Origin: Lytechinus pictus
Lineage: Eukaryota
NCBI RefSeq assembly: GCF_037042905.1
Contig: NC_087245.1
Location: forward strand, 27,406,001 to 27,470,000
Direction of reading: 5' to 3'
DNA length: 64,000 nucleotides
Numbering within the stretch: position 1 is the stretch's first letter; each line of letters opens with the position of its first letter. Below, one piece after another: positions 1 to 13,572 of this stretch. Both the position numbers and the translations under genes were made by a program. The notes beneath the pieces are model-generated. The model had not been told where the DNA came from. It made no database searches and saw only the letters and a list, made by a program, of their open reading frames with translations.

Positions 1-84
1 GTTATTATTATTATTATTTTCTTTTTGTTTGGGGGGGGGGTACAGTCCCCAAGCCCCTCATCTGTACGCCACTGCCTATCTATC

Positions 85-445
85 CCACTCACATGACTTA
101 TGAAACTTAAGGCACGTAGGATTATTCTTACAAGCTTTTTTCCTTCATAAGTAGTAACATCTAAAAAATAGAATATTGTCTTGTTTCAAAGAGGCACTTG
201 TTAACACATAAAAAGGGGACGTTTTTCAGGAAAAAAGGGACACAGAACACGTTCGTGAGGGGCACTTTTCTTGGGTAAAAAAGGGGCACTGATTCGAGAC
301 AGTGCACTTTATACAAGAAGGCAAAGGGGCACTTGCTCACATATAAAACGGGTCCTTCTCGGGTAAAAGGGGCACAGAACACGTTCGAGAGGGGGCATTT
401 TTTGTTAAAGATTGGCAATGATACGAGAAATGGCACTTGAAAACA
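85..445 (+). repeat. Dispersed repeat with internal GGGGCACTT/CAGAACACGTTCG subrepeats (copy 1)
   Basis: CACTCACATGACTTATGAAACTTAAGGCACGTAGGATTATTCTTACAA... aligns by eye with the copy starting at 5407. Confidence 0.75.
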
Positions 446-1264
446 AAAACGATAAAAATACCAGTTGGGATGGGTCCACCATCCCCTCGAAACCCCCTGA
501 CCCCTCCACTCTTTTAATAAGAACTAGCTTCCTTCTTCTTTTTCCTCTCCTTTTCAGGGACCGCGGAACGGTTTTGAAAGGGGGCGGCTGACCATGCAAA
601 CAAATCATAATCAGATGGTCATTCACGTTTTCGTATTCAAATTCAGAAAAAAGGTGCTGGTGCTGAAGCCCACACAGCCCTCTGTTTTCGCGGCCCCTTC
701 TTTTTAAGTACATACCGGAAAAGATCTTTGGTTCAAAGGTAAATGATTATCGTGGTCCTGGGCCCTGTTGCATAGAAAATTATGTCTTGATTTATGTCAT
801 GCTTTATGTCACGATTTATGTCATATAGCATAAATCATGACGTAAACAGAAATATTGACATAAATCCCGTTGCATAAAGCTTTATGTCATAAATCACGAC
901 ATAAACGGCGGCTTTCCGCAAGAAGGGACTTATTAAAAGGGTACTTTTACGATGATATTTTTAATTATGCCCTTTGTAATTTGATGATATTTTGAGTTTG
1001 GCTATCGAGTTTCGAAATAATTTTTGTGTCATTGGATAGCCTATAGTTTATTCTTTAATATTTGAAAAATATAATACTCGTAAATATTTATATTAAGAAA
1101 TAAGCAGAGCTAGGCCTAAGCATAATAGTTAGTGTCCTTGCTTATTTGAGGATAGGATATTATAATTGATATCAACGTACATATTTTTCAAGCACCACCC
1201 CTCCCTCCCCAAACAGTGATAATAACTTTGACTTTCAGTCTAGAATCGCCCCATGCTTAATTTA

Positions 1265-1935
1265 AGGCCTGGTCGCACCGCCCGAGCGTTGTTGGAGCGG
1301 TCGTGGAGCGGTAGCGAGAGAGGGTCGAATTTCGACAACGCTCGTCACCGCTCACAAAATTGGGGAAAAATCTAAAACATGGGCGTTGCCTTAGCGGTGC
1401 ACCGCTGAAGCCAGCGTAGCTTTAGCGTTGGTTTAACGGTGGCGAGCGGTCGCGAGCGTTGGTTTAGTGGTGACTCGAGCGTTGATAGAGCGGAGTTCTG
1501 CGCATGCGGGCGTCGCACAGTGGGCCAGAATGAGTTGAAAGTGCGCCAAAATTATTTTCCGTGTTATATATTTACTTTAACATGTAGATTAAGAGTAATT
1601 TTGGGCGAAGAATCGACTGAACATAATTTAAAGCCCACATGACATCACTTTGATACCAAATTTTGATTGGCTGCTTAAAACCTATCTGTGAAAAGAAAAA
1701 TTACGCTAAACAATGTGAAGTATACAAACTTTGTGTTATGTGTTACTTTAAGATTGATCAGAGTGAATGTTGGTTTATGCTTCTCACATGCCTAAAAAGT
1801 GTGTATGAGATCCTGAAAATAATTTCATGGGATCAAAATGATCATTAGATTAAAAAAATACTTAGCGAGCGGTGATGATTTTTTCTCTCCGCTCCACGAC
1901 CGCTCCAAAAACGCTCGGGCGGTGTGACCAGGCCT
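1265..1935. mobile_element. PIF/Harbinger-type MITE
   Basis: Long TIRs AGGCCTGGTCGCACCGCCCGAGCG / CGCTCGGGCGGTGTGACCAGGCCT, flanked by TTA on both sides (TWA-type TSD). Confidence 0.85.
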
Positions 1936-2695
1936 TTAGATGTGATTAAACAAGAAATTTGGTACACACATTGGGTGATTTCAAGTCCGGTGTTGGCGTT
2001 GGTGTCGGAATTTGGATTGCTTCCCCCAGCTCCAAAACCTATTTTGTGTGTCAGAAATCATGTTGCCATGGTAACGGCATATTATATGCCAACAATTGGA
2101 TAACAGGATAACAAACTTTCAGTTTTAATTACTTCATCAATTTTCAACAAATTCTCATGAAATTTGGTCTTTCGATTACTTGTAATCCATCCAAATCATG
2201 TCAGCTATTTTTTTTACATCATGTTTTTATTGTCTTTTTTATTGTTTTTGGTATCCTTTCTTCAAATTGTTTTTGCTCACTCATGCGTGAATGGGGAATA
2301 ATCTAATTAATATCAGATGAAAGAGGAGATTCTAAGCTTTACATTGATAGGTCATTTGTCTATTGTATTTGTGATTAAGTTATGATAAATCATCGCTTAA
2401 TCTCGGTTTCGTTTTTTCTGGGACGCACTGTATATACATATTCCTACAAACATATAGAAATATATACATGTATATATATTTGGGGAAGTTAAAAAAAATA
2501 ACAAAGAAGAAAACATAACCAAAACACAAAAGTAAACCTAAGAAAAAACAAAACCCAGAAGCAAGACAAAAAACACAAAGGCCCCTGTATCAAACCCATT
2601 GTATGTTAGTGCCCCCCCCTGCCCTCTACCCATCCCCTTCCCCGTTACAACCTTCCCATTTACTAGTCTAAAGGGCGGAATACCTCTCTTATCTA

Positions 2696-2966
2696 CACTG
2701 TTAAAAAAACGATTTTACAGAAAAAAGAAGATTTTGAAGGAAACGATAACAGAATCATTCTGTAAATTCATAAAACATGAATTTTTCTGCAATTTAACAG
2801 AATAGGTCTGTTTAAAAGGGGAAAAGTGTGTTTTATTAAAGGAAATTTGTAAGATTCCATACACCAAATACCAATTTCCTGTAAGATTACGCAATCTGGT
2901 CAGATCACAGGTGTCTCGAGACTCTGCTGCAGGAACTTCTCTTATTCTAAGGATAAATAAGCAGTG
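2696..2966. mobile_element. Short non-autonomous DNA element with CACTG...CAGTG termini (CMC/EnSpm-like)
   Basis: TA|CACTGTTAAAA ... AAGCAGTG|TA. A similar CACT...AGTG element lies near 26166-26374. Confidence 0.5.
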
Positions 2967-3055
2967 TAAATGGTAAGAAAGAAAAATATAAACATATATA
3001 AACATATAAATTAGTATTCATGTAATAGTGCTATACATATATATATATATATATA

Positions 3056-4026
3056 GGGGAAGGCGGGGTAAGTTGAGCATAGGGGCAAGTTGAGCCACCA
3101 CCCCCAGTCCGATAATGAATGAGTTAGACATTGTGGTGGTGTCATGTATTGATGACCCATTCTACACCACCACATCGTTTTCAACTTTGAAACAAAAAGT
3201 ACTTTTTTAGAGGGAAAAATACAGATTTCAGCCAAAAAAGTAAAAAAGGGTGTGAAATAGATAGGTGCTTTTTACACACATACGTCTTTAAATATAATAA
3301 AGAAATACGTTGTTAGTCCAGGGTCCCATAACACAATGGTTAGAAATTAATCGTACGCTTGATTTTCACGATTGATTGTACATTGTAGTCAATGGAATCA
3401 ATCGTAGAAAAACGTTCTACGATCATTGCTAAGCTTTGTGTTACGGGCCCCAGGTATGGATCTTCATTCTTGTCATAGTCTTCTACATGATGGATGCGTA
3501 AGAAATGTGTGGGTGCGAAATTATCGCATTAAGTTCGGAATGGGGTAAGTTGAGCCAGACAACATGGGTCATGTTGAGCCATGGTATTTATTATGGTTAT
3601 TTTCATAAAAAACAAACCTTAAAAGGCCATCGATATGCAGGCATAATGGAGCAAATTTACATAACTGATCTTTTCCTTTTAGAGGATGTTTGTATTTATA
3701 GAGAATTGGCAAGTGAAAAGACTTAAAATAAAAATTTGACATGCCGGTTCTTCCCCCATACATTTTGTACAAAGTTTTTTGTGCCTCAACTTACCCCAGA
3801 AGGTGGCTCAACTTACCCCACAGATGGGGCGAGTTGAGCCATTTGACATCTCTTTTTTCAAAGGTGACAATGACTTTCAGTGTGGGGGTAGAAAGTTATA
3901 TAAAGGTGAAAAATATTTCAGAAGAATTAAATTTTAAGGCAAGGTACTTATTTCTACAAGATTATTAATCATATCAATTCAAACATGCAAAAAGCAAAAA
4001 GTGTCACAACTTACCCCGCCTTCCCC
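3056..4026. mobile_element. Tc1/mariner-superfamily (pogo-like) non-autonomous element
   Basis: TIRs GGGGAAGGCGGGGTAAGTTG / CAACTTACCCCGCCTTCCCC with TA flanks; internal repeats of GGGGTAAGTTGAGCC. Confidence 0.8.
3322..3450. mobile_element. Harbinger/PHIS-type MITE nested in the 3056-4026 element
   Basis: Imperfect TIRs GGTCCCATAACACA / TGTGTTACGGGCCC with CAG duplicated on both sides (CWG TSD). Confidence 0.7.
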
Positions 4027-5406
4027 TACAGAAAGCTATACTATAGAAAGCCATCGACTTCATGATTATAATCTAAGAGAAATATGAACTTCGACTACGG
4101 AACACAAAACCGGGACACAAAATAACGTCCCGATTATCGGAAACAATGTCAATGGTGCAAGCACGAGCGATCACCATATTCAGAGAACTATTTGAAGTGA
4201 TGTAGTTGACTTTTCATAGTTGAGAGTGATGGAATCGATTGTAAATTTATGTGAAACTGGGCCCGGGTTTTCTACTCCATTGCTTTATTTAACTTAGTAA
4301 TACAGGTACTTAGATTCAGGAATAATTACCATGAGTTTAGAGGTTATAGGCCTACTTCATTTATAAATTCTAGATATTATTCAATGTTTGGTGAATGATA
4401 GTAACATGACTTTAGAATTCATGTGATGATAATAAAGAGATCATATCTTGTGAAAGCAAAAATGTCATGCAGATATAGGACAGAAATTTTAAGGAAAACA
4501 TCTTCATCAGCAATAGGCCTAGATTTATGAATATTAGAATAAAATGATTGGTCATGAATGAGTAATTGTAAAATAGTCACAATTTTCCAACAACTTCATT
4601 AATGCGCTATATAAAAGGAAGAGAGCAATGATATAGAGAAAGAGAGGCAGAGGGGGGGGGGGGGGAGAAGGGGGAGGGTATGGGAATCTCCAGTGAAAAT
4701 GAAAGAGCTCAAGGAGAAGATGAAGCTAAGAGCATGTAGAGTCAGTATAAAAAAAAATCCGATTTCATTATTTTTGTTCAATATCGAGTGGAGTCACTGT
4801 TAATTTGTTGTCAATCACATTATTGTAATCCTTACGTAAGTCATTAGTTTCAAATTAGGCTCTGACAAATATATATGAAGGGCGACTTCACAAAGAAAAA
4901 AAAATCCAAATAATAGAGCGGCATTGTCGTCAATACTCCCCCAACACAGTCGTTAAAAAGATTTACAGCAATAATTGCATCCTATGGGGATTATTATCAA
5001 TCTATCCCCAGCGATTTATTCTAATTCCACTTGATTCATATTTCCAAAGATTTAGTTTGTCTGAGTCAGAAAGTGATCGAACGTTATCTATGTTTATTTG
5101 CCTTTGATAATTGTAATAATTCATCCCAGTGATCAATGACCTCTTTTCTCTTTCAGAGCAATAGGGGACTTTACTTTTTTGTATATTTTCGTTCCAATGA
5201 TGACATATAAACTCGACTGATCAATGATTTTTATTCTCATCAGGGAGTGATGTAATAAGAAATTCCGTATGTTTTTTTCCAGGAAACCCCTTACTGCGAT
5301 CTAAAATTGCTTGCAACAGATTTAAACGATTAAAACCAGAAATAAGGGATTCTCTTGTTTCATATTTAGCTTTTCGTATAAAAAAAATTAAGCTGCTTAT
5401 CTACCT

Positions 5407-5950
5407 CACTCACAAGACTCATGAAACTTCAGGCACGTAGGATTATTCTTACAATTGTTTTCCTTCATAAATAGTACCATCTAAAAATGAGAATATTGTT
5501 TTCTTGTTTGAAAGGGGCACTTGTTAACTCATAAAACGGGTCCTTTTTAGGAAAAAGGGATACAGAACTAGCTCAAGAGGGGCACTTTTATTGGGTAAAA
5601 ACGGGCACTGATACGTGAAAGGGTACCTATAGGAAGGCGAAAGGGCACTTGCTAACGGCATAAAACGGGTCCTTCTTAGTTATGAAAGGGTGCACAGAAC
5701 ACGTTCGAGAGGGGGAATTTTTTTGTTAAAGATTGGCAATAATACGAGAAATGGCACTTGGTAACGGCATAAAACGGGTTCTTCTCAGGTGAAAAGGGCA
5801 CAGAACACGTTCGAGAGGGGAAATTTTTGTTTAAAAATTGGCACTTATACAAGAAATGGCACTTGGTAACACCTAAAACGATTCCCCCTCAGGTGACAAG
5901 GGCACAGTACACGTTCATGAGGGGGCATTTTCATTGCGTAAAAGGGAACT
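5407..5950 (+). repeat. Dispersed repeat, copy 2 of the 85-445 family, with more internal subrepeats
   Basis: Colinear similarity to 85-445, with an extra CATAAAACGGG...CAGAACACGTTCGAGAGGGG unit. Confidence 0.75.
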
Positions 5951-6656
5951 TTTTAGTGCTTCAAAAAGTGGAGGGGGAACTGTCCCCCGCCCCCCAGGAT
6001 CGCCGCCCCTGATATTTTAATCATGTAGTATTATGGCATTTTGTCCTTCAGATATTCCTGCTGTATGCAATCGGATGCAACGTATAAATGACATATTTTC
6101 AATTTCAAATTTAGCCCAATTTATATTTCTGTTTCGTATCTGGCATTACTTGTGATTCTCTGACCTGGGAAGATATTTCTACTAATTTCTACTATCTGTC
6201 CGTCTGGATTAATACAGAATTTAGGTTGAATTTTTAAACTTTTAGTGGAATGTTAGTAATTATCAATCATACGCAAAATTTCAACTCACTTCATACCTCA
6301 AAATTGTTTGCATAGCTTGAACATACATGGTGACAAAGTACACCCCTAACGTACCACTCTTGATCTAGAGAAATAGTAAAACCACCGTATACCGTTCCTA
6401 TGTGGTATAAAGCTTTCATACTACCACCCTGGTGTCTGAACAAAAATTTCCTTTCTAAATTCCACTGTATAGATGTTGGCAATTATCCTGTTATAAACAT
6501 GGCCTATTAAAGAATAACTATTCACTAGAACTTGCCCCTGGCAACTTTGTTAACGACACACCGGCATGATTTATTCAAGTGTTTTATTGTACAGTTCATA
6601 TTTTTGCGAATTGTCTAATTTTCACTTTCTGGTCTTTCTAGTCTAGCAGCCGACAT

Positions 6657-6950
6657 TGGCCGTATTCTGAAGTCGGGTTTAACTTAAACTCAGGTTTAAA
6701 GTTGTGGTTTAAGTATGGACAGCCAATTATTACATAATCATACTTTCAGCTTATTCGGCTCTCAAATCATTCATAATTGTGTAGGAAGTATAAATAGATG
6801 ATCGTCTTCACCATCTATGTATCAGGAAAGAGCACAGTAAACATAAGAAACAAACAACTTAATAAAAATGTTGATACTTTTGGCTTCCCATACTTAAACC
6901 AAAACTTTAAACCTGAGTTTAAGTTAAACCCGACTTCAGAATACGGGCCA
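6657..6950. mobile_element. MITE with ~45-bp near-perfect TIRs (Harbinger-like)
   Basis: CCGTATTCTGAAGTCGGGTTTAACTTAAACTCAGGTTTAAAGTT and its reverse complement at 6903-6946. A diverged relative lies at ~8352-8662. Confidence 0.8.
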
Positions 6951-7357
6951 CTGAATACAGTTTTGAGTTATGTGACGTAAAGCTTTTCGTAAAGGACGCA
7001 AGGTTTGGACATGTTCTTGGGTATCCCAATCCCAATCATTCTTATTCCCGTCAACCGATGTTCGAATCTGGGCTTGGGGACCATACCTCCTCCCCAAAAA
7101 AAAGTTTGATGAAACGAAGAAAGGGAGAAAAGGGAAGGACTGGGAAACGGTGAAATATTTTACTATTGTCTGATTATTATGACAACATATATACGAATAA
7201 AGAGGTTTTTGTATTAAAAGGGTCAACAAATTTTGATCTCTCGCTAAAATGATCTAAAGGATCTAAACATTTTGCTCCATTGGCCAAATCTGGCCCCTCA
7301 AAATGTTTGGTTCATTACGCTACTGCTTCCTGAGGCCAAGGTCAAAGGCAAAGGATT

Positions 7358-7603
7358 TAATAATAATAATAATAATAATAGGCATTTATAGCGCCATCTA
7401 TCTAGAAATATTCTATTCCGAGGTGCGTTGTTATTATTATTATTACCCCGGCTTTAGCTCGAGCTGCCTCTCAGCGCTCATGCATTCAAGGAATTAATCC
7501 TGCCGGGTTCCCATTTCACCTCACCTGGGTCGAGTGCAGCACAATTTTGATAAATTTCTTGCTGAAGGAAATTACGCCATGGCTGGGATTCGAACCCACG
7601 ACC
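7358..7603 (-). mobile_element. tRNA-derived SINE, 5' end degraded
   Basis: Pol III B-box GGTTCGAATCCC on the minus strand (7585-7596), a non-tRNA body and a (TTA)n tail at 7358-7380. Confidence 0.7.
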
Positions 7604-7774
7604 GTACACGATTTCAGACCGTAGACCAAGGATTTGATGTCCGAGGTCATGAGTAAAGGCTGAAGTCTGACAGTCAGAGGTCGGGGACAAGGCCCAAGAC
7701 TGACTTCATGGGGCCAAGGCAGCAAGATCAAGTGTCCGAGACCAAGGACCTCAAACCTCCTGAATTAAGGCCTG

Positions 7775-7919
7775 GGGCCCGTTGCAGAAAGAGTTGCAAT
7801 CATTCGCAACTCTAAAAATCATACATAACTTTATTTTCAACCAATCAACTGCGCGCATTTGGGACTTGCGATTGATTATTTGACTTGCGTTTAAACGCAA
7901 CTATTTCTGCAACGGACCA
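7775..7919. mobile_element. Harbinger/PHIS-type MITE (GGGCCCGTTGCAGAAA family)
   Basis: TIRs CCGTTGCAGAAA / TTTCTGCAACGG with CTG/CAG flanks; another copy at 32582-32726. Confidence 0.75.
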
Positions 7920-8009
7920 CAGGTCAAGTACAGATCCTTAGCCTCGAGGCAGGCCTGGATTAGATAGTAGTCTTACGGTTTAATCTTACCTCTGACTTTC
8001 TCTTTTCAG

Positions 8010-8325
8010 GTCTGTTCTATGTTGTTATCTACCGGGGTGTACTCTTCGAACACCGTGCTACATCGTTTATGCTTTCTATGTATTCAAAGTTACCATTTTG
8101 ATGTATGACTTTCTGACATCAAAACGGAACAAATATATCAAATATCCAATATCAGATAGTACTCTGCAACTATTAGGGATGGGGAGGTGAGAATTTATTC
8201 CTGACTACTGACCATGCTATCAATCAATTTCATGTGCGAAACTCATTTCATTTTACTTGATCGTGATAACTGTTTCCTTACAGGAACTCATCTAAAAAAA
8301 TGGCGCTTTGATGACGGGATTGAGG
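8010..8325 (+). other. Possible non-coding 5' UTR exons of the Ig receptor gene (8010-8186 and 8284-8325)
   Basis: Polypyrimidine acceptors TCTTTTCAG and TTCCTTACAG, donors GTGAGA and GTAATG. No open frame continues into the signal exon. Confidence 0.25.
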
Positions 8326-9119
8326 GTAATGAGCAGAAGATGTCTACCCAAGGGCCCGTTTCCTGAACTCGGATTTAATTTTGACTTTGGTCTAAAGTTG
8401 TGGCTTAACTATGGCGAGCCAATTGTGGCAAAAAATCTCTGTAAAAAAATGTCCAATTTATGAACTCATTTGACAATCAAATAATTTATCATTTTCTGTG
8501 ATTGGTAACTGAAGTATTTGAATTCACCATGAAAGCAAGAGGAAACAAAATAGTACACATAATATAACATGATATTAACAAATATTGGGATTTGGGGCTT
8601 CCAATTAATTTAGCACAAAGTTAGACCGGGTCTGATTCAAATCGGACTTCGGAATAAGGGGTACGGGGTACAGTGAGCACATGCAACCATTTTCCCTATG
8701 TTGTGTGTGACCTTTAAGAATTTATTCTGATTAAGTCTTCAATCCATATTATTTTGCCTCGTCAGACTTTAGGAGGGGGGGGGGGGTAATTGTGAACTCA
8801 CGGTGGTAATGTCATGTCAACCCTTTACCCAAGCTTATTACAAGGATGTAAATGATATTTTGATGAGAGAACTTGGGCCTTCGCCGTATATAAAAAAGTG
8901 TCGTACGATTATGAAGCCTGATACTTCGCTTAAAATGTTATGGCATTATCTGCATGGAGTGATAAATATAATAAACCAAAAACATATCCCCATTATTATG
9001 GAGCACAAGACCTAAGAGAGATAAGACAGCTCAGTGATTAATTGGTGGTCAACAATATCCATCAAAGATGTTTCGGTATCGGGTTTTATTATGAAGGTGA
9101 TATGGTGATAGTAGAAAGG

Positions 9120-9490
9120 ATATAATGATGATAGTGATGAAATCAGTCAATAGATCTAAGAAAAAGGATTTTATTATGGTTATGATGTTGTTGTCGATGG
9201 TGTTGTTGCTGTTTTTGAGGATGTTGATCGTTGATGATAATGGTGCTGGTGACGATGATGATAATGATAACGATGATGAAAGTGATAATAATGATGATAA
9301 TGATTATATCAATCATTAGGTATTTGAGAAAGGATATGTTGATTATGATAATGATTTGTTGTCGATGCTGCTGCTGCTGATAATGATGCTTACGATGATG
9401 GTTATAATGATGATGATGATGCTGGTGTTGCTGTTTCTGCTCATAATAATGGTGAACGTGGTGGTGATGATGACAATGATAAGTTATCAA
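9120..9490. repeat. Degenerate (GAT/GCT/GTT)n trinucleotide low-complexity tract
   Basis: Visible directly; it produces the spurious poly-H/Q/M/D ORFs. Confidence 0.9.
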
Positions 9491-9679
9491 TATGATATAT
9501 CACAAAATATGGATATAAGGCCAAAAATAATAACGATGCTATCGAAGTGCTATTGAGTTGTTCAAAACGCAAGCATTGGTCCTGTTGTTGAATGCACTAA
9601 GGGTTATTTACATCGAAAGATGCTCACCAAAATCAATTCAAACCCGAAACCCGTTTTTATCATACGCTGAATCAAACAT

Positions 9680-10009
9680 CATGGTTCCCAGAGTCATGGA
9701 AAATCCTGGAAAAATTTGTGGTCATGGAAAGTCAGAGAAAAATCAGGGAACTTGGAAAATTTGTGAAAAGTCATGGAATTGCATTTACCTCTTGGCTATG
9801 GCAGCTTTCCAGTTTGTCGCGTCTTGCAACTCTCATACTGTGATCATACTCCGCTTTTATAATTGGTGTTCATGATTTCCATTTTTCCCAGTTCTGTGAC
9901 ATCCCGAATTCTGAATAACTCCCGGGACGTCACGGGGAGTCATGGAAAGCATCAATTTAGTCATTGAAAAGTCATGGAATTCTGTTTTCAAATTTCTGTG
10001 GGAACCCTA
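9680..10009. mobile_element. Non-autonomous DNA element with CAGGGTTCCC-like termini (hAT-like)
   Basis: CATGGTTCCCAG ... GTGGGAACCCT, repeated GTCATGGAA motifs, AACAT present on both flanks. Confidence 0.6.
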
Positions 10010-10435
10010 AACATGTACAAACAAAGCACTAAATAATAATTCTTCTTATTACAGCTTTTTGTGATAGTAGGCCTATGACTTCGAACGAGAAATAAAAGAT
10101 GATCACTGTCCTCATTAGCATCATTAATTGTTTCCAAATAGTGAGTACATTAGAATGGAAACTAGAGCTAGGTTTCAAGTAAAAATTTATAATTGACAAA
10201 AATTGTCATATTTAATGATTATTAAGACCTTCGTCCGAGGCTAAATTAATTATTAAAAAATATGACTGAGAGGATATATTCTTCGACTTTAAATAAATCG
10301 TGTGTATCGAATTTCGAAAAGTAAATAAGCCGACATAATGTCCATTCAGTTACTTTATTCGATTTGCCTTGTTTGGTTTAATGTAGGCTTCATGTTAACA
10401 ATATTTGTAGGGCTGCTGCAATTTGGTTACACAAA

Positions 10436-10745
10436 ATTTGGAAAATTAGAAAATATCTTGATAGGAAAACAACAGAAAAGTTAGTACATGCCTTCATCTT
10501 AAGTCACTTAGATAATAATAATAGTTTATTATTGGGAATACAGGAATCACTTCTCAATAGATTACAACATATCCAAAATTCTGCTGCAAGACTTATAACT
10601 CGAAAAGGAAAGTTTAAACACATCACCCCTATCTTATCTGACCTTCATTGGCTACCCATTCGATCAAGGATCAAATATAAGCTTCTCATATTAACATTCA
10701 AATGTATTCATGGTATTGCCCCTGCTTATCCTCAAGAACTTGTCC
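10436..10745 (+). mobile_element. L2-clade LINE fragment (ORF2 C-terminal region)
   Basis: Translates to KIRKYLDRKTTEKLVHAFILSHLD...LQHIQNSAARLIT...HITPILSDLHWLPIRSRIKYK, typical of the L2/CR1-group post-RT region. Confidence 0.85.
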
Positions 10746-12198
10746 AAATTACTGCAATTTGCTTTTGAATATATTGTAATACAGCCAGAGAAATGTTACG
10801 TTTGAAATTTAATGATGTTGAACTCTTTTGTTTTGCGATGACGAGCAGTTTGACGAGTATATTCGTCCAGGGTTTGGCATTTGCACAACCTAAAATTCTC
10901 CCGGCCTCGACCGGCCTTGACCCGATGATTTCGTCCTAGGCCGAGGACAAGGTCAAGAATTAACCTCAGTTCTCGAGGACGAGGTCGAGGACGATTTTGC
11001 GGCCCACAACACTGATAAATGAATTATTCGTTCATTCTTGTATGTATTTTTCTATTCATACATTAATTCATTCATTAATCTATCCATCCATCCATCTATC
11101 CATCCGGCGCTGAAATTTCCTCGAACTCTGAGAAATGGGTACCTCTACATTGATTTAAAAAAAATTAATTAGAATTTTTATCATTTTTTTTTATACCTGA
11201 AATACTGAACTTGCTCAGTGTTACTTATCTGATATCGTTCTTTTTTTTAAGAAAAGGGGCAATATCGATTAAGTTTAGCACAGAGTATAACATTCTTTTT
11301 TTAAGTAATATTTTATTTCTCTCCAAGAAACAAACAAACATATATTATGATACAATAAACAAAACATTTTAATTTTTCATATAAAAAGAAATACATCATT
11401 GATAATTGTTTAAACATAATGAACATGCAACATAATTTAACTAAAGGTCTGAGAGAAGTTTAATCTGTCTTCGAAACACGTACATCCTCACACACACCAC
11501 CCACACCCGCACAACCCCCCACACACACACACCCTCCGAAGTACACATTCCCCTGTACTATCATCAATCCATGACATCCGTGCCTGCCTCGCCATCTCTA
11601 TTGGTGATAATTTCCAATTTTCTGAGATGGTGCACTAAAGTCCCCCTCTCTTCTGCTAGTTTTTCTCCTCATGTTCATTTTCTATAATGTTTGTTTTATT
11701 TCTTGAGGTGAGGGAAGTTTATTTCTATTCCTACTATAAACAAAGATCATGTATTTGATTAGCAGTATTATATGATTAACCAACTGCTCCTTCCCTACAT
11801 TAGGCATCTTTATATACCAATGTGAATTCCTTCCCAATTCTGTATTAAAAATCGATATTTGATGTCGTTCCCTAGCCTCTCTCGAGAGGAAACTTCAGAA
11901 ATTGTCAACTTCACTCACAACTTCATCCCTCTTAATTTGTTTGGCTTGTATACGCCTCTGCTGGATATGAAAGCTCATGTATACAAGGAAGTAAAAGTAA
12001 AATAAAATACATTTTCAAGTGGAAGTTAATGTAAACATTGTGCGTTTGTTTCGCATGTAGGATTGGTTTCAAGGGAAATGGCCATTTTACGGATTAAATA
12101 TCGCTTGCCACGTATATGCAACACTGGTCACTGAAGGATTTAGGCTTGGATTTAGCGTGTCCATAAGTTGTATTTACATTGGAATAAAACTACATAGA

Positions 12199-12253
12199 AT
12201 GGGATATATGGGATTATATGCATTGCTTCTCCTTAATATGGCCTTCTTCTCTA
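12199..12253 (+). CDS. Ig-superfamily receptor, inferred coding exon 1 (signal peptide)
   Basis: MGYMGLYALLLLNMAFFS followed by a phase-1 GTAAGT donor that matches the phase of the first Ig exon; acceptor AG at 12059-12060. Confidence 0.65.
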
Positions 12254-13417
12254 GTAAGTATACCTCTTATGATAGGCATATGATGTTCCTGTTTTTTTTT
12301 TCAACAACATGACCGAACGAATATCAGAGGGATTGTCCCTCTGATAACACATGGTTATTTACTGCATAATCAATTAAGGCTAAAGAGTAATGTAATAATG
12401 CTAACAGAAATACTTGTATGAATTGACTTGTATAATTATACTAATGAAGGTATTAAAATGCTGTCATAACACATTTCTTAAAACTAAACAAGGTAACAAA
12501 AATGGGACACGGCTGCAACGCATGAACAATCGTTTTCAACTATCATTAACAATAAATTACATCCAACAATTGTCATAATACACGATTTTTGAATATTATC
12601 ATAATGCACACATAATGTACATTTAAATAAATTACCTTATATTTCATTACCACAAAATTGTGGTTTATTAAACCCGGAGAAGGTAGACCTTTTGTATAAA
12701 TACTTAACCAGATAATTTGAGAAATGTGTTTATATAAAGTTTTCATCATGAGGATCAGGGGCAGATCCAGGATTTTCAAAATGGGCATTCTTTCCAGAAA
12801 AAAAAATTGACAAGCAAAAAAAAAAAAAAAAAATCTTCACTTGAATATGCACGACACTTTTCACAATTTTTTTTTGACTCTCGAAAGCGGGGCACCGGCT
12901 GGATATGCCTTCCCGATTTGCCACTAATGAAGAGGCTAATAGAAAAGATGAACAAACAAAACATGTGTTAATCAATCAGCCTCTTTATGAATTTCTTTGC
13001 AAAGATTTTGAATTTAGAGTGTTATCCCACTTACAAATAGAATATTCTGAAGACAATTTACTGATATAGCAACCAGGTTGTATAGGCTATGGTCTTGTCT
13101 AATCTTATATACCATAGTTGTTTTGACTTTCCAAACAATGATTATAAAATCACACCATCCAAATCAACGTTTCCAACCGACCATCTACAGCAACAGTTGC
13201 TCAGCAACATATTTTCCATAGCAACTAAAGGTTATGACTGTAAAGGCAACCGCTTGGTTTGCTACATAAATGCTATGAAAATAGTCAAAGCATAAAACAT
13301 TGCAGGGGAAAAATCAAATATGCTTAATATGTTCAGAGGTAGCCATGCCTCGAATAATTATCTGCATAATGTGGATAGCTTAGAAATATTTGTATGAAAC
13401 GCTATGTTAATTTTGCA

Positions 13418-13419
<2 letters not shown>

Positions 13420-13462
<43 letters not shown>

Positions 13463-13498
13463 CATTAGTATTATTATTATTATTATTATTAATATTAT

Positions 13499-13570
<72 letters not shown>
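13420..13570. repeat. Compound microsatellite (ATT)n(ACT)n
   Basis: Visible directly. Confidence 0.95.

Positions 13571-13572
<2 letters not shown>

Noticed and set aside
7560..7610. tRNA gene
   Set aside because: Only a B-box is present, attached to a SINE body and tail; no cloverleaf.
9125..9556. ORFs rich in His/Gln/Met/Asp
   Set aside because: Translations of a degenerate trinucleotide microsatellite; no supporting splice or domain structure.
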